A DNA stretch of 64,000 nt from the human T2T-CHM13v2.0 reference genome, Homo sapiens. The position numbers and the translations under genes are program-made. The notes below the pieces were generated by a model. The model saw only the letters and a list, made by a program, of their open reading frames with translations. It searched no databases and was not told the DNA's origin. Below, piece by piece: positions 26,111-41,539 of the stretch. Location: NCBI RefSeq assembly GCF_009914755.1, contig NC_060934.1, one strand, 5' to 3'. Position 1 is the first letter of the stretch, and every line of letters begins with the position of its first letter.

Positions 26111-26156
<46 letters not shown>
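26111..26156. repeat. Perfect (AC)23 microsatellite in place of the Alu A tail
   Basis: 46 bp uninterrupted. Confidence 0.97.
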
Positions 26157-26158
<2 letters not shown>

Positions 26159-26363
26159 AACTGTAATTAATGTCTAAATTTCTGAAATACATGACATTAT
26201 TGCTTCCTAAAATTAGAGAATTATTTTCATTTTAATGAAGACACATTTCAGTGTGTCTTTTCATAAGGTATTTGCAAGTAGATCTGCACTGAACATTCTA
26301 GCATTACATAAAATGTAGGGAGGCCCTTATTCCCAATTTATCTATCAACAAAAGAATTTGCAG

Positions 26364-28272
<1,909 letters not shown>

Positions 28273-28275
28273 ATA

Positions 28276-28880
28276 TAGCCAATTCTCATTATCTGTATAT
28301 TTTATGTTTGCAAATTTACTTACTAAATTTATTTGGAATTCCAAAATTAGTACACATGACATTTTTGCAGTTCATGGATGTGTGAGGAGTGGAGAAAAGT
28401 TTGAGTTTCCTGGCAGGCACATTCTCAGCTGTTGATGAATAAGGCAAATGTCTGGTTCTTATTTTAGCTTTCATACTGTAAACATATTCTTTTCATGGTC
28501 TATTTTTCATATTTTTGTGATGTTGGTGATTTTGCTCTTCAAAATGTTCCCCCAGCATAGTGCTTAACTGTTATGTGATATTGCTAGGTGCAAGAAGGCT
28601 GCAATGTGCCTTACAAAGAAAATCCATTTGTGTAGGCATGAGTTATAGTAGCATTTGAGTTCAATGTTAATGAATCAACAATGTATATTAAATAAAATAT
28701 ATTAAAAATACAAACATAAAGCAAGGTTATCCATTAATTGGTTGACAAAAATATTGTGACTGTTGGCTTTTAGGAAACTAACTCTATGTTTTCCCCAAGA
28801 AAAGTTGTTTGGTATTCACTAGGTCAGTGTTCACAGTGACTGTATAGAGTGTAACTACTGAGAATAATGAGAATCAACTA
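28276..28880. mobile_element. MER82-like Tigger (Tc1/mariner superfamily) non-autonomous DNA transposon
   Basis: Terminal inverted repeats tagccaattctcattatct / agaataatgagaatcaacta, TA on the left flank, internal aagaaggctgcaatgtgccttacaaagaaaat. Confidence 0.85.
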
Positions 28881-29024
28881 TGTTTTATGAATTTATCCCC
28901 TACTTCTGATTACCAAGTCAGGATAAAACTAAAACTGTGCTCTGCTTATCTCTACTTATCTCTGACCTTTTACTGCAGCGCATTGCAGTTGTCCCTCTCT
29001 CTCCTTTGCCTAATAGACACAATC

Positions 29025-29140
29025 TGTGCCAGGCATTTTGCATATACTGGTAGTAGCTCATTTTATCCCATCACAACTGTAATTCCATGGATAAAAAGCA
29101 TTGTATTCCATTTATATATTAAAAACATTAAGGAATTATT
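29025..29140 (-). mobile_element. MIR fragment
   Basis: tgtgccaggcattttgc...ctcattttatcccatcacaactg. Confidence 0.5.
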
Positions 29141-30593
29141 ATTAACAATTATTAAAGCTTCTTAAAAAAGGAATTGTAATATCCCATGTGGATCTACAGA
29201 TCTGGATGTAGAGAAACTAGCATTCTTCAGGATTGATAGATTATGAAATGCTAGCACACACATACAGATGTGTGCACACAAACATGCAGATACACATAAT
29301 CACACATAAACATAAGGCATTATGCAGGGTAGATCAAATCAGTCTCTTGTCTTGTAATTTGTGTATAACTACAAAAATATCTAATGTAAGCAAATCTTTC
29401 TGTAATGCATAATGGAAGATTATCTCAATAAGTGTTAACTGAGAATCTACAGAATTAGTAACATTGTATAAAGCATTGTAAGGTATAAACACATTTGGAC
29501 ATAGACTTTGCCCTAAAGCACTTTATAGACTAGCAGCCTACATACAGTTAAAATAGCTAAAGAAAAGGAAGCATTCCAATCGGTATTTCTATATGTTTGG
29601 TCATTAGGAAACATTGGGATGGGTTACTGGAGGTTTCCCTATTCATTGCCATGATTTAAATTAGCTGATTTAATTAAGTGCAAGGTAATTTTAAATTGTA
29701 GAATTCCATAATGCAGACTGACCACTACAACTTCCCAGGAAAACCCCAGAGGTTCTTAGTTTTTTATTAGATCACCTCAATTTACCACACAGTCTTTCTA
29801 GGTAAGGTTGTTCCAAACACCTAGTGATTTCCTACCATCTGTGTTTTTTATTATGCTCCATCTGAAATTGTATGCATCCTTTTTGTTACTAGCTCTCCAA
29901 GTGCTGATCACTCCATGGGACTTTTATTTTTTTCTCAGCATCTTTGGACATGAAGTTGGCCTAGCTGATGAATTTTTTATCTCTACAATTATCTAGCCAG
30001 GGGATAGATGTTAGTCTCCCTTCTTAAAGGCAAGTCCCTTATTCAAGTTAGTCTCCATGTGGTGACAGGAAAATACCTTTCCTCCCACTGTATACCCACA
30101 TATTTCCTGGGAAGACAAGAGAAATGCACAGACTCACCATGTAGCAAGCAATGCTCTTGCTAAAAATTTTTCTTTAAAAAAATTTTGTTTTTCCATATAA
30201 AATCTAAGGTAGGATAAAGGCTAAAAAAATGCAAGAACTGTCTTGGTTACCTCCTTGCTAGTCTTTTCTTTAGAACTTGTGATTTTGGTGGGTGTGGGGA
30301 GGAGAGATTTATCACCTCCTATTCTTGGATTTGATTGGAAAAGTTTTACTTTTATCAAGAATCTCAGTGTCTATAGATGAGCTAAACATCATTCTGAAAT
30401 GTGAATTGCTTCACTGTAAAAGTAAAATTATGATTTTTTTCCATTCTCTGCAGACTTTTATAAGGGCAAAACTGAGTTTGGATCTATAGCAGAGTCCTGT
30501 CATTGCAATTGCTTAGAATGTGATAAAAATAAGTTTAGATGCAAAAAAATGATTTAGTACATTTGAGCCACTTGGCCAACAGTTGTCGTGGTC

Positions 30594-30962
30594 TCTATTA
30601 GTCTGTTTTCATGCTGCTGATAAAGACATATCTGAGACTGGGCTATTTACAGAAGAAAGAGTTTTAATGGACTTACAGTTCCATGTGGCTGTGGAAACCT
30701 CAAAATCATGGAGGAAGGCAAGGAGGAGCAAGTCATATTTTACATGGATGGCAGCAGGAAAAGAGAGAGAGCTTGTGCAGGGAAACCCTGATTTTTAAAA
30801 CCATCAGATCTCATGAGACTTACTCACTCTTACAAGAACAGTACAGGAAAGACCGCCTCCATGATTCAATTACCTCTCACCTGATTCCTCCCATGAAACG
30901 TGGGAATTATGGGAGTACAATTCAACATGAGATTTGTGTAGGGACACAGCCAAGCCATATCA
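30594..30962 (-). mobile_element. THE1 (B/C-like) MaLR solo LTR
   Basis: tattagtctgttttcatgctgctgataaagacat ... gggacacagccaagccatatca; TSD tggtc/tgatc. Confidence 0.92.
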
Positions 30963-32855
30963 TGATCCAACATTTGTTAAGATAATTAAGAAAATACATG
31001 TTGAGTAAGAGAACTTACACACCCACAACTGTAGCAGGAGACATATTGCTCTTCCCTGAGGCACATATGATGCTAAATCCTGGTTTTAGTCCTGACATAG
31101 TCCTGAAGGAAAAGAAAAGTAACTAGCTCCTAGTGCCTCCCAAGGCCAAATGAGATTATATTGATGGTGTTTGTGCAAAACTTCAAATCTTCCAGCATAA
31201 GCCTGAGATACCAAGTTTGCCCATAGTTAATTTACATCATAGGTAGATGAAATGTACAATACAGACTGGTGGACTATTATACTGAAGGTTCCTCAAAGAA
31301 CATACCTCCAGACGAGGCAGAAAAACATTTCATAAGTACTAGAAGAAGGTAATCAGAGCTAGTGTGGTTATACTTATCAAAAGAAAAAAGAGAAAAAGTT
31401 TTATTTTTATCAGGATAATTTCACTAGGCTACTTTGGGAACTAGCAATTTTTCCTCCACTGTTAGAATAAATAGGCTTATTTTGCTCTATCTAGATGTTA
31501 TCCCAGAAGTAGTAGCATAGGATAAACTTTTCAAAAACTTTTCTTTTCTTTTCAAAAATGAAGCCATTTGTGCTGTTCAAAAATTCTAGTTGGTACCTTT
31601 AAGAAAGTATAAATGTGGAGAAAAAAATGTAACACATTCTCTTTTATGGTAATGGCTTCCAGGTAATTTCAGAAGAAGTTTTAAAATTCCACAAGAATTC
31701 CTCCTCTTAGGACTGTGGTTTTAAGCAAAGGTGAGAAAATCAGGCTACACGATTGTTACTCAGTTGAAATATGAAGGCTTTTATTTGTTAGTTTTTATTT
31801 TGTTTAATCTGTGTGTTCCCAGTGGAAAAAATATGCTTCATTTAGTTAGGAAAAATTGTGACTATGTTTGTGTCTCATTATGTTAACTGGCAAATATTTT
31901 CATTTGCTTTCCAGGGGAAAAGAAAAACTAACAAAAGTGTACAGTCACCAAGTAGTTATTTTCCTACAGTAGACAAGAATACCTTTTTTCACTATATACC
32001 TTTTTTCTTTTCAAGAGAACAGAAAGTGTTTGAGGAACACTAATGTACCTGGAAGCTTCAGGGTGATAGAAACTCAGTTATCAAGGCTCTTATCTCTGCT
32101 TGGAGGCTCCATTTTGGTACACATCAGTGATTTCTACAGCATTTATTGTAATTAATTGTATATAGATTCTACTTATCCTAACTCCACAAAGCAGTTTCAG
32201 GTCAGTAAAACAGATGGTTAAGCACAATTAGTTTTTTGGAAGAACTATAAATATAGTCACTTCTTTCCTCTGGTGTCTTACTGCCATGTTGTCTAAGTGT
32301 ATCATAGAGGGAGCTCAATAGAAAACCATTTATAGGACCTAGTTCTTCCTCTTTTTTTATCCTTGGAAAGTTGATGACTTGTCATTATGTTAATAGTCTC
32401 AATTTATATTTTGCAAAGTGCACTAACTAGAAAGTAAGTTTGCATGTCTAAGCAGCTGATATTTTTTCATTGTGGACCATGTGTTTTAGTGTTAATGAAA
32501 AACTAGGTTTATTTCAAACTTGATAAGAGAATAATTTTAGACAAAAATTATTTTGGAAAGTAAATGTTTTTCAGCCTTTTCCAAGATTACTCTCTAGGAA
32601 AAGAGGATATTAATCTGCTTGATAAAGGGTGCTGTTCATATGGCTGTTGATTCATCTAAAGGCTTTGCTTCCTTGGATACTACAACTAGATCAATCAATC
32701 CAATCAATGACTACTTTGCTAACAAATGCTATTAAAAATAATGAAAGGTATGTTCCAAGAGAAGCATAATTTATATATCATTTTTCTTACTGAAAGTAAG
32801 AGGACCTTAAAACATTATGTATTATAAAGATCTGTAACAGCACATCTGGTAGTAA

Positions 32856-33219
<364 letters not shown>

Positions 33220-33629
33220 ACCTCTTTTTCTTAAACAATAAATTCTTTTCATTCCCTTGAGGGTTCTTATTTGAGCACAGAAAGACATTTCCCAGCATTC
33301 CTTATAGTTATGCTGAGGCCCACTAACTGGGTTCTGGTCAATAGGATTTGGGCAATATTCACAGTTCAAATACAAGCTTAATTTTTGAATAAAAATATTT
33401 CTGCCAGTCATTGAAAATATTTTCTGATTTTTTAACATCATTATACAGTCCTCTTCAAATTTTATTGTTAGTCAATCTCAGCACAGGGTCAACACCACTT
33501 TCATATCACAAGTAACCCAAAGAGGAACATGCTTGTAGGAAGCATAAGTGTCAGCCACCCAAAAGTAGATATCAGAAATCATTTAAAAATAGATACATTG
33601 TAAAATTTAGCATTGAACATAGGTATCTT

Positions 33630-34058
33630 TTTAGCGGTAACAATTGGTGCTCACCCAACTCTTTCAATTACCTCTTCCTTGACATATGATATTTCCTAGT
33701 CCTCTTTGCAGTTTTATTTTGGAGTGAAGTGACTTGGCTCTGGCCAGTGGGACTTGAGCAGGAGTAATATCCAAGCCTGTCTCTTAAAATGTACCACAAG
33801 ATACTTCACTTTTTCTTTTATTTTCTTTCCTCTTCATTCTTGACTATATATTCATGATGATACAGCTACAACACAGATAGCATCTCTGTCAGTCTTGTTT
33901 ACTAAGTGGCTGTGTGGAGCAAAGTACCACTCCTACCTCCCACTGATATTCATTGGATCCATAAGACAAGCATTAAATGCATTCTTACTTAGTTAAGCCA
34001 CTGAGATTGGGGTTTAATTTGTTTCTACATCATAGATAAGCCTATCCTGATTAATATA
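33630..34058 (+). mobile_element. Old MLT1-type MaLR LTR (I/J-like)
   Basis: gtgacttggctctggccagtggga ... gttaagccactgagattgggg...cctatcctgattaatata. Confidence 0.7.
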
Positions 34059-34130
34059 AAATGACAGATGTTACCAATATGTCAACCCTAGTATTGAAAT
34101 ATAATGTGCTTCAGCATAATAAGAATTCTA

Positions 34131-34440
34131 GGCTGGGTGCGGTGGCTCACACCTGTAATCCCAGCACTTTGGGAGGCTGAGGTGGGTAGATCATCTGAGG
34201 TCAGGAGTTCGAGACCAGCCAGGCCAACATGGTGAAACCCTTTTTCTACTAAAAATACAAAAATTAGCCAGGCGTGGTGGCACTTGCCAATAATCCCAGC
34301 TACTCAGGAGGCTGAGGCAGAAGAATCGCTTGATTCTCCACCGGGAGGTGGAGTTTGCAGTGAGCTGAGATTGTGCCACTGCACTCCGGCCTGGGCGATA
34401 GAGTGAGACTCTGTCTCAAAAAAAAAAAAAAAAAAAAAAA
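34131..34440 (+). mobile_element. Alu (AluSx-like), first of a tandem pair
   Basis: Full Alu with long A tail. Confidence 0.96.
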
Positions 34441-34446
34441 GCTAAA

Positions 34447-34801
<355 letters not shown>

Positions 34802-35526
34802 TTAGGGTGAAGACAGCAGAGATCTTTTGAGGAAGGTGCTTATAAAAATATTCCATCTCAAGGGTATGTTAACTGGGTTTGTGTTTTGCTTTAGTGACTA
34901 TGCCTTTATCTTTTGAAGTACTCTCCTATGTAGTAGTAGGGGAAGGCTGACACCCAGCATTAGCTGCCTTATTAGGTTGGGTTTTCTGGTTTGAGGCTAT
35001 TTTTCTGAGTATGTCTTTAATCATTAGTAGAAATGCCAACGTTCTTCTGTTTATCATCTCTCAAGTGATTGCATAAATTTAGCCAAGTGCTAAACCTCTC
35101 AGTTTCTGTTCATTATAGATCATACCCTATTGCTTGTTTGTTTTACTTTGCTTAGAAATGGCTTGGAGAATTCATGGATTTCATGGGGCAACTAAATCAC
35201 CAGAAATTGTATGCAATACTTTGGTTTATATTTATATTTTCAGATTGAGTGGTTCTAGAATTTTCATCACAGGAGCTAATCAGAATAAGCAATCATTGTG
35301 AATTATGTCTTTTGCTACATATGAACCATAATCTCAGTGAATCTGGAAAATTGGCTCAACACCAATTTGTTGAAGCAAGCACACACAGCAGCCCCCTGAA
35401 ATGAACTATAAATTTATGGAGATACAAAAGTAGAAAAGTAATGAATATGTGGTCAAATATTTCTAATGTAACTGAAAGTGGTTGTGATGAACATGTTGGA
35501 GAGTGAATTTATTAGAATCCTAGTCC

Positions 35527-35851
35527 TTTTTTTTTTTTTTTTTTTTGAGTCAGTGTCTGGCTCCATCACCCAGGCTGCAGTGCAGAGGCACAATCATAGC
35601 TCACCATAGCCTCGAGCTCCTGGGCTCAAGTGATCCTCTCAGCTCACCCTCCCTTTTAGTTGGGACTATGGCATGTGCCACCATGCCTGCCTAATTTTTT
35701 TATGTTTTTATTTTATTTTTTTATTTTTTTGGTAGAGGCAGGGTTTCACCATGTTTCCTGGGCTGGTCTCAAGCTCCTGGGCTCAAGCAATCATCCTACT
35801 TCAGCTTCCCAAAGTGTTGGGATTACAGGCATCAGTCACTTCACTCAGGCC
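35527..35851 (-). mobile_element. Alu (AluJ-like)
   Basis: Poly-T followed by antisense Alu with ctcctgggctcaag in both arms. Confidence 0.95.
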
Positions 35852-36221
35852 CTAGTAAAATTTTGAAATAAGAAGTAAGCTATATCTATGAACAAGATGT
35901 CTATATTAACTTATTTTTTTGCATTATATCTAAGTATTATTAATATAATGTGATATACTAAGATAGCCCAGAGAAAAAAACACGTGTTGAGGCATAAACT
36001 CATTTTCAAAAATAAGCTTCTATAAAACTGACATAGTGATGCCTATCATAATTCAATAGAAATTTATATCATTTTAGGAGACTTAGTAGCTTTAGATAGA
36101 TGTAATTTTTTCATCATTACCAACCACAACATCTTATTTATTTTTAAATTGTGATGGGTTTTGCCTTATTTGTGTTCTTATCTACTATATTGCAAACATC
36201 AAAAGATGTTGAAAAGAGTTA

Positions 36222-36567
36222 TGATGTACTGAATATTTGTGTTCCCTTCAAATTCATTGGTTAAAGACCTAATCCCCAACATGATTGTATTAGGAGGTGG
36301 GGCCTTTGGTAGGGAATTAGGTTTAGACGGAGTCCTGAGACTGAAGCCCCCATGATGGAATTAGTGCCCTTATAAGAAAGAGGAGGAGATACCAGAGATT
36401 CTTCTCTCAGAGAGAACACAGACTCTGCAAATATAGAAGAGCATCCAGATTTGAAAGAGCCAGCACCTTTAACTTTGGCTTTCTAGACTTCAGTCTGTGA
36501 GAAATACATGTTTGTTATTTAAGCCGCCAGGTCTATAGTATTCTGGTATAGTAGCCCAGACTGACTG
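36222..36567 (+). mobile_element. MLT1A-like MaLR LTR
   Basis: ctgaatatttgtgttcccttcaaattcat...ggaggtggggcctttgg...tatagtagcccagactgact. Confidence 0.85.
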
Positions 36568-37059
36568 TTGGTATTTCCTATCATCTAATGCACACTTGTT
36601 TTTCCACTCAACCAAGAATTAGAGTCTGGTTGTCTGAAAGGGCATAAAGATTGACTCAATGACAATTCTCTCCTACTCATCATGTCCCACCTGTCCTGGT
36701 AAGACCCTCTTCCTTAGGCACTCAGCCTATCCTATCATTTACAAGTGAGGTGCCATATTTGGCTATGAAAATCAGAAATAGAAATACAGTTTTGTAATTA
36801 AGTGGAAATAGCAGAATTCTTGCATGTTATAAAATGTTTGTAACTTTAGTATATTTAGTTTAATAAATGTATATTATTAATTATGAGTAGATTTTTGCTC
36901 ACTACAGGAAAACAGAGATAAATAAGAGACATATTATACCCCAAGAAGATGAATAAATAAGAGTGTGAGGAAATAATTATACAAGTAGCTGGAGTTCCTG
37001 GCAGGGGTAAAATATGACCCCAAAGAAAATATAGAGTTATTTAAATTTCAAATTAGTAG

Positions 37060-39815
37060 TGATATACAGTGAATTATTTTGTCTCCCTAAAATTATGTGT
37101 TGAAACTTAATCCCCAATGTTATGGTATTTGGAGGTGGGGCCTTTGTGAGGTAATTAGGTCATGAGAGTAGAGCACTCATGAATGGGATCAATGTTCTTA
37201 TAAAGTAGGCCTTAGAGAGTTTCCTCACCCCCTGTCATCATGTGAGATACAGTGAGAAGATGGCCGTCTGTGAACCAGGAAGCTGGCCCTCAACAGACAT
37301 GAAATCTGTTGCCACTTTGATCTTGAATTTCCTAGCCTCCAAAACATGTAAAGAATAAATTTCTGTTATTCATAAGCTAACTAGTTGGCATGGTTTGGCT
37401 CTATGTTTCCACCCAAATCTAATGTCAAATTATAATCCCCACATGTTGGAAAAGGGCCCTGGTGGGAGGTGACTGAATAACAGGGTTGGACTTCTCCTTT
37501 GCTCTTCTCATGATAGCCATGATAGCGAATGAGTTCTCATGAGATGTGGTTGTTTAAAAGTGTATAGTGCTTCCGCCTTCACTCTCTCTCCTGCTGCTAT
37601 GTGAAGACATTCTTGCTTCTCCTTGATCTTTGATCTTTTCCACCATGGTTGTAAGTTTCCTGAAGACTCCACAGTCATGCTTCCTGTACAGCCTGAAGAA
37701 CTGTGAGCCAATTAAACCTCTTTTCTTTAAAATTACCCAGTTTCAGGTAGTTCTTTATAGCAATGTGAGAACAGACTAATACAGAAAATTGGTACCAGAG
37801 AAGTAGGGCATTGCTATAAAGATAATTGAAAATGTGGAAGTGATTTTGGAACTGGTAATGGGCAGAGGCTGGAACAGTTTGTAGGACTCAGAAGAAGACA
37901 GGAATATGAGGGAAAGTTTGGAACTTCCTAGGGACTGCCTGAATGGTTGTTACCAAAAGACTGAGAGTAATATGGACAATGAAGTCCAGGCTGAGGGAGT
38001 CTCAGATGGAGATGAGAAACTTATTGGGAAGTGGAATAAAGGTCTTTCTTGCTATGCTTTAGCAAAGAGACTGGCAGCATCGTGCCCCTGCTCTAGGGAT
38101 CTGTTGAACTTTGAATTTGAGAAAGGTGATTTAGGATATCTGGCAGAAGAAACTTCTAAGCAACAAAGTGTTCATCAGGGTGTCAAGGTGTGGCCTGGCT
38201 GCTTCTAAAAGCCTATGCTCATTTGCATAAACAAAGAAATGACCTGAAACTGAAACTTATATTTAAAAGAGAATCAACGTAATAGTTTGGAAAATTTGCA
38301 GACTGACCATATGGTAGAAAAGAAAACCTCATTTTCTGGGGAGGAATTCAAGCGGGCTATAGATATTTGCATAAGTAAAGAGCTGAATGTGAATAGCCAA
38401 GACAATGGGGAAAATGCCCCTAGAGCATTTCAGAGACCTTTGTGGCTGCCCCTCCCATCACAGGCCTAGAGTCCTAGGAAAAAATAATGGTTTTGTGGGT
38501 CAGGCCCAGGGCCCCACTGCTCTGTGCAGCCTCAGGATATGGTACCCTGTGTCTTAGCCACCCTAACACCAGCCATGGCTAAAGTGTCAAGGTACAGCTT
38601 GAGCTGTTGCTTCAATGGGTGCAAGCCCCAAGCCTTGGCAGCTTTCACATAGTGTTAAGTCTGTGCATGAACAGAGTGCCTAGATTTCAGAGGATGTATG
38701 GAAACACCTGGATGTCCAGGCAGAAGTCTGCTACAGGGGCAGAGCCTTCCTGGAGAACTTCTACTGGGGAAGTGCAGAGAGGAAATAAGGAATTGGAACT
38801 CCCATACAGAGTCCCCACTGGGGCACTGCTTAGTGGAGCTGTAAGAAGAGGGCTACCAACCTCCAGACCCAGAATGTTAGATCCACCAATAACTTGCACC
38901 ATGTGCCTGGAAAAGCTGCAGGCACTCAGTGCCAGCTTGTGGAAGCACCCATGGGGTCTGTACCCTGGAGAGCCACAAAAGCAGAGCTGTCCAAGGCCTT
39001 GGAAGCCTGCCTCTTGTGTCAACATGGCCTGTATGTGAGACATGAAGTCAGAGGAGATTATTTTGAAGCTTTAAGATTTAATGACTTCCGTGATGGGTTT
39101 TGGACTTTCATGGGGCCTGTAGCCCTTTTGTTTGGTTGATTTCTCCCTTATGGAATGGGAGCATTTTGCCAATGCCTGTACCCCCACTATATCTTCAAAG
39201 TAACTAACCTGTTTTTCTATTTTACAGGCTCATAGGTAGAAGGGACTTGCGTTTTCTCAGATGAGACTTTGGACTTGGACTTTTGAGTTAATGCTGAAAT
39301 GAGTTAGGACTTTGGAGGACTGTTGGGAAGGCATAATTGTGTTTTGAAATGTGAGAAGGACATGAGATTTGGGAGGGGCCAAGGGCAGAAAGATATGGTT
39401 TGACTTTCTATCCCCACTCATATCTCATGTCGAATTGTAATTCCCACATGTTTGAGGAGGAGCTTAGTGGGAGGTGACTGAACCCTGTGGGCATACTTCT
39501 CCCTTGCTGTTCTTATGATAGCGAGTTAGTTCCCACGAGATCTTCTTATTTAAAAGTGTGTAGCACTTTCCCCTATGCTATCTATTTTACCACCATGTGA
39601 AGAGGTGCTTGCTTCCCCTTTGCCCTTTCAACTTAATTGTAAGTTTCCTGAAACCTCTCCAGCCATGTGCCTCCAGTGCAGCCTGTAGATCTGTGAGCCA
39701 AACCTCTTTTCTTTATAAATTACCCAGTCTCAGGTAGTTCTTTATTGCAGTGTGTGAACAAACTAATACTCTATTCTGTGGTAATTTGTTATAGCAGCCT
39801 AAACAGACTAAGAGA
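37060..39815 (+). mobile_element. MLT1A0-like LTR, split into 37060-37385 and 39771-39815 by the MST element
   Basis: ...aataaatttctgttattcataagctaactagt | ctattctgtggtaatttgttatagcagcctaaacagactaaga rejoin as one LTR. Confidence 0.85.
37386..39770 (+). mobile_element. Complete MSTA-like MaLR element: 5' LTR 37386-37783, internal 37784-39390, 3' LTR 39391-39770
   Basis: Two direct LTRs; internal region starts gaaaattggtacc and ends in a purine tract gggaggggccaagggcagaa; TSD ctagt/ctatt. Confidence 0.93.
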
Positions 39816-40294
39816 AATATTAATTTACTCTAATGATAAGAACAAGGGAAGGTTTCTTAGAGAATGGTGTAGGGTTCAGTGGGCAGCGCTAATAGAATTG
39901 AAATCTAAGAACTTTTGAAAAAGGCAAGTAGAGTTTGAGTTCCTACTTGCACTCCTATCTCTACACTTTCTGTAGGCTTCTCACTGTAAGTATAATAGGG
40001 AGTCATGACAAAGTACACATCTTATGTCTTGTCTTAGGTGTAAATTAAACAGTAGGAGGAAAGTCTGAGGGGTATCTAGTCACCCATCTATGATCATAGC
40101 AGTGGTTACTGTATAAACTGTTTGATTTGCTAAGTACTCTTTCTACTTATCAAGGTAAATTTAATTTGGGATTAAACACAGAAGTAGAAATTGAGATCCA
40201 TACTATTGGGAGGTTTCTCAAAAAAGCCATGAGGATGTGGCCTCCTGAATTTGATAATAAAATCCCACACTTAGAAGTCTCCAGTAAAAGGTGA

Positions 40295-40570
40295 TTGGGG
40301 ATCAGATACAAAGTTACAGTTACAAGGAAGTAGTGCTGGTGTTCTGTTGCATAGTAGGGTGACTGTAGTTAACTATAAGGTATATTTCAAAATAACCAGA
40401 AAAAAAAGGACTTTGAATGTTCTTACCACAAAGAAAAAATCATCGTTTGACATGATGGATATGCTAATTACCCTAATTTGATCATTATGCCGTATGTGCA
40501 TGTACCAAAATGTCTACGTTGTACCCCATAAATGTGTGTAATTATTAAATGTCAATATAAATAAAACTTT
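40295..40570 (+). mobile_element. L1MA-type 3' end fragment
   Basis: gcatagtagggtgactgtagttaac...gatggatatgctaattaccctaatttgatcatt...gtaccccataaat. Confidence 0.85.
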
Positions 40571-40669
40571 AAAAAATTGAAAAAGTATCAATAAATAAGA
40601 GCAATTAAAAAAAGATAATAGCCATTAATTTTCATTGATAGTATCGTGTGAAGAAAGAGAAATGAACAC

Positions 40670-40885
40670 AGTGACTTAAATTAACTCATTTAATTTTCAA
40701 CTATCTTTTTATGTAGATGCTACTATTATCCCTATTTTATAGAAGAGGAAACTAAGGCACCAAGTAATGTTGGTGGCCATACTAGCAAGGGGTTAATACT
40801 TAAGAAGGGTACCCAAAGTCTGACAGCTGCTGTCAGCTGGAAACTAAGCAGCTTGGAAACTAAGCACTCTGACTTTTAGCTCCAT
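40670..40885 (-). mobile_element. MIR carrying a short insertion at about 40766-40795
   Basis: tactattatccctattttatagaagaggaaactaaggcac ... cccaaagtctgacagct ... gcactctgact. Confidence 0.7.
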
Positions 40886-41539
40886 CAATGCAATTTATTA
40901 AATGCCCACACATTTTTGGAATAATGGCCTTTAATTTGTTTATAATGAGTATTACAATGTAGAAATTTTCAGTAGATCCTCATTAATCCAAACGCACAAA
41001 TTTCTGCAAGAATGTTTAAAAAGAGAGATGACAGTTTTATGAATGAGAAGTGACACCTATTAGCTAACTTCTTACAATTCAGTTATAGCTGGAAATAAAC
41101 CAAAGAGCATATTTGAGTTATTAACAGAGAAAATTCATTTGGATCATATTCCTGTCTTAATGGGGCTCAAATTATCCTGAGGGGTGAATAAATCATCCCA
41201 TGTACGAAAAATGGTTCTTGAATAAGCCAGATTCTTTTTCAGTTCAGAACTTCATAAAAGTGAAGAACAGAGAGTTAACAGAAAATTATCTGTTATCTTC
41301 TGAATAATATGAAATATATGGCACCCAGAAATACCAAACTGATTTGAAAACTTGGCAATAAAAGGAAAAATAAACATCATTTTGTGTGGTAATGAAAAAT
41401 GCTGATCGATGTTTTTAATGTTAATCCTGAGTTCAGAGCATCAGGTAAATCTGGATTATATGCCAGAAGCTGAAATTCAAGCAGGTTGTCAATCTGTTAA
41501 GGTTTGGGGGCAGAGATCAGAATTTGGTACAACTGAAGT

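Noticed and set aside
35160-35290. Possible ancient hAT-type fragment
   Set aside because: Similarity too weak to name or bound without an HMM search.
37906-39139. ORFs in the MST internal region
   Set aside because: Fragmented remnants of MaLR internal sequence; no intact long frame.
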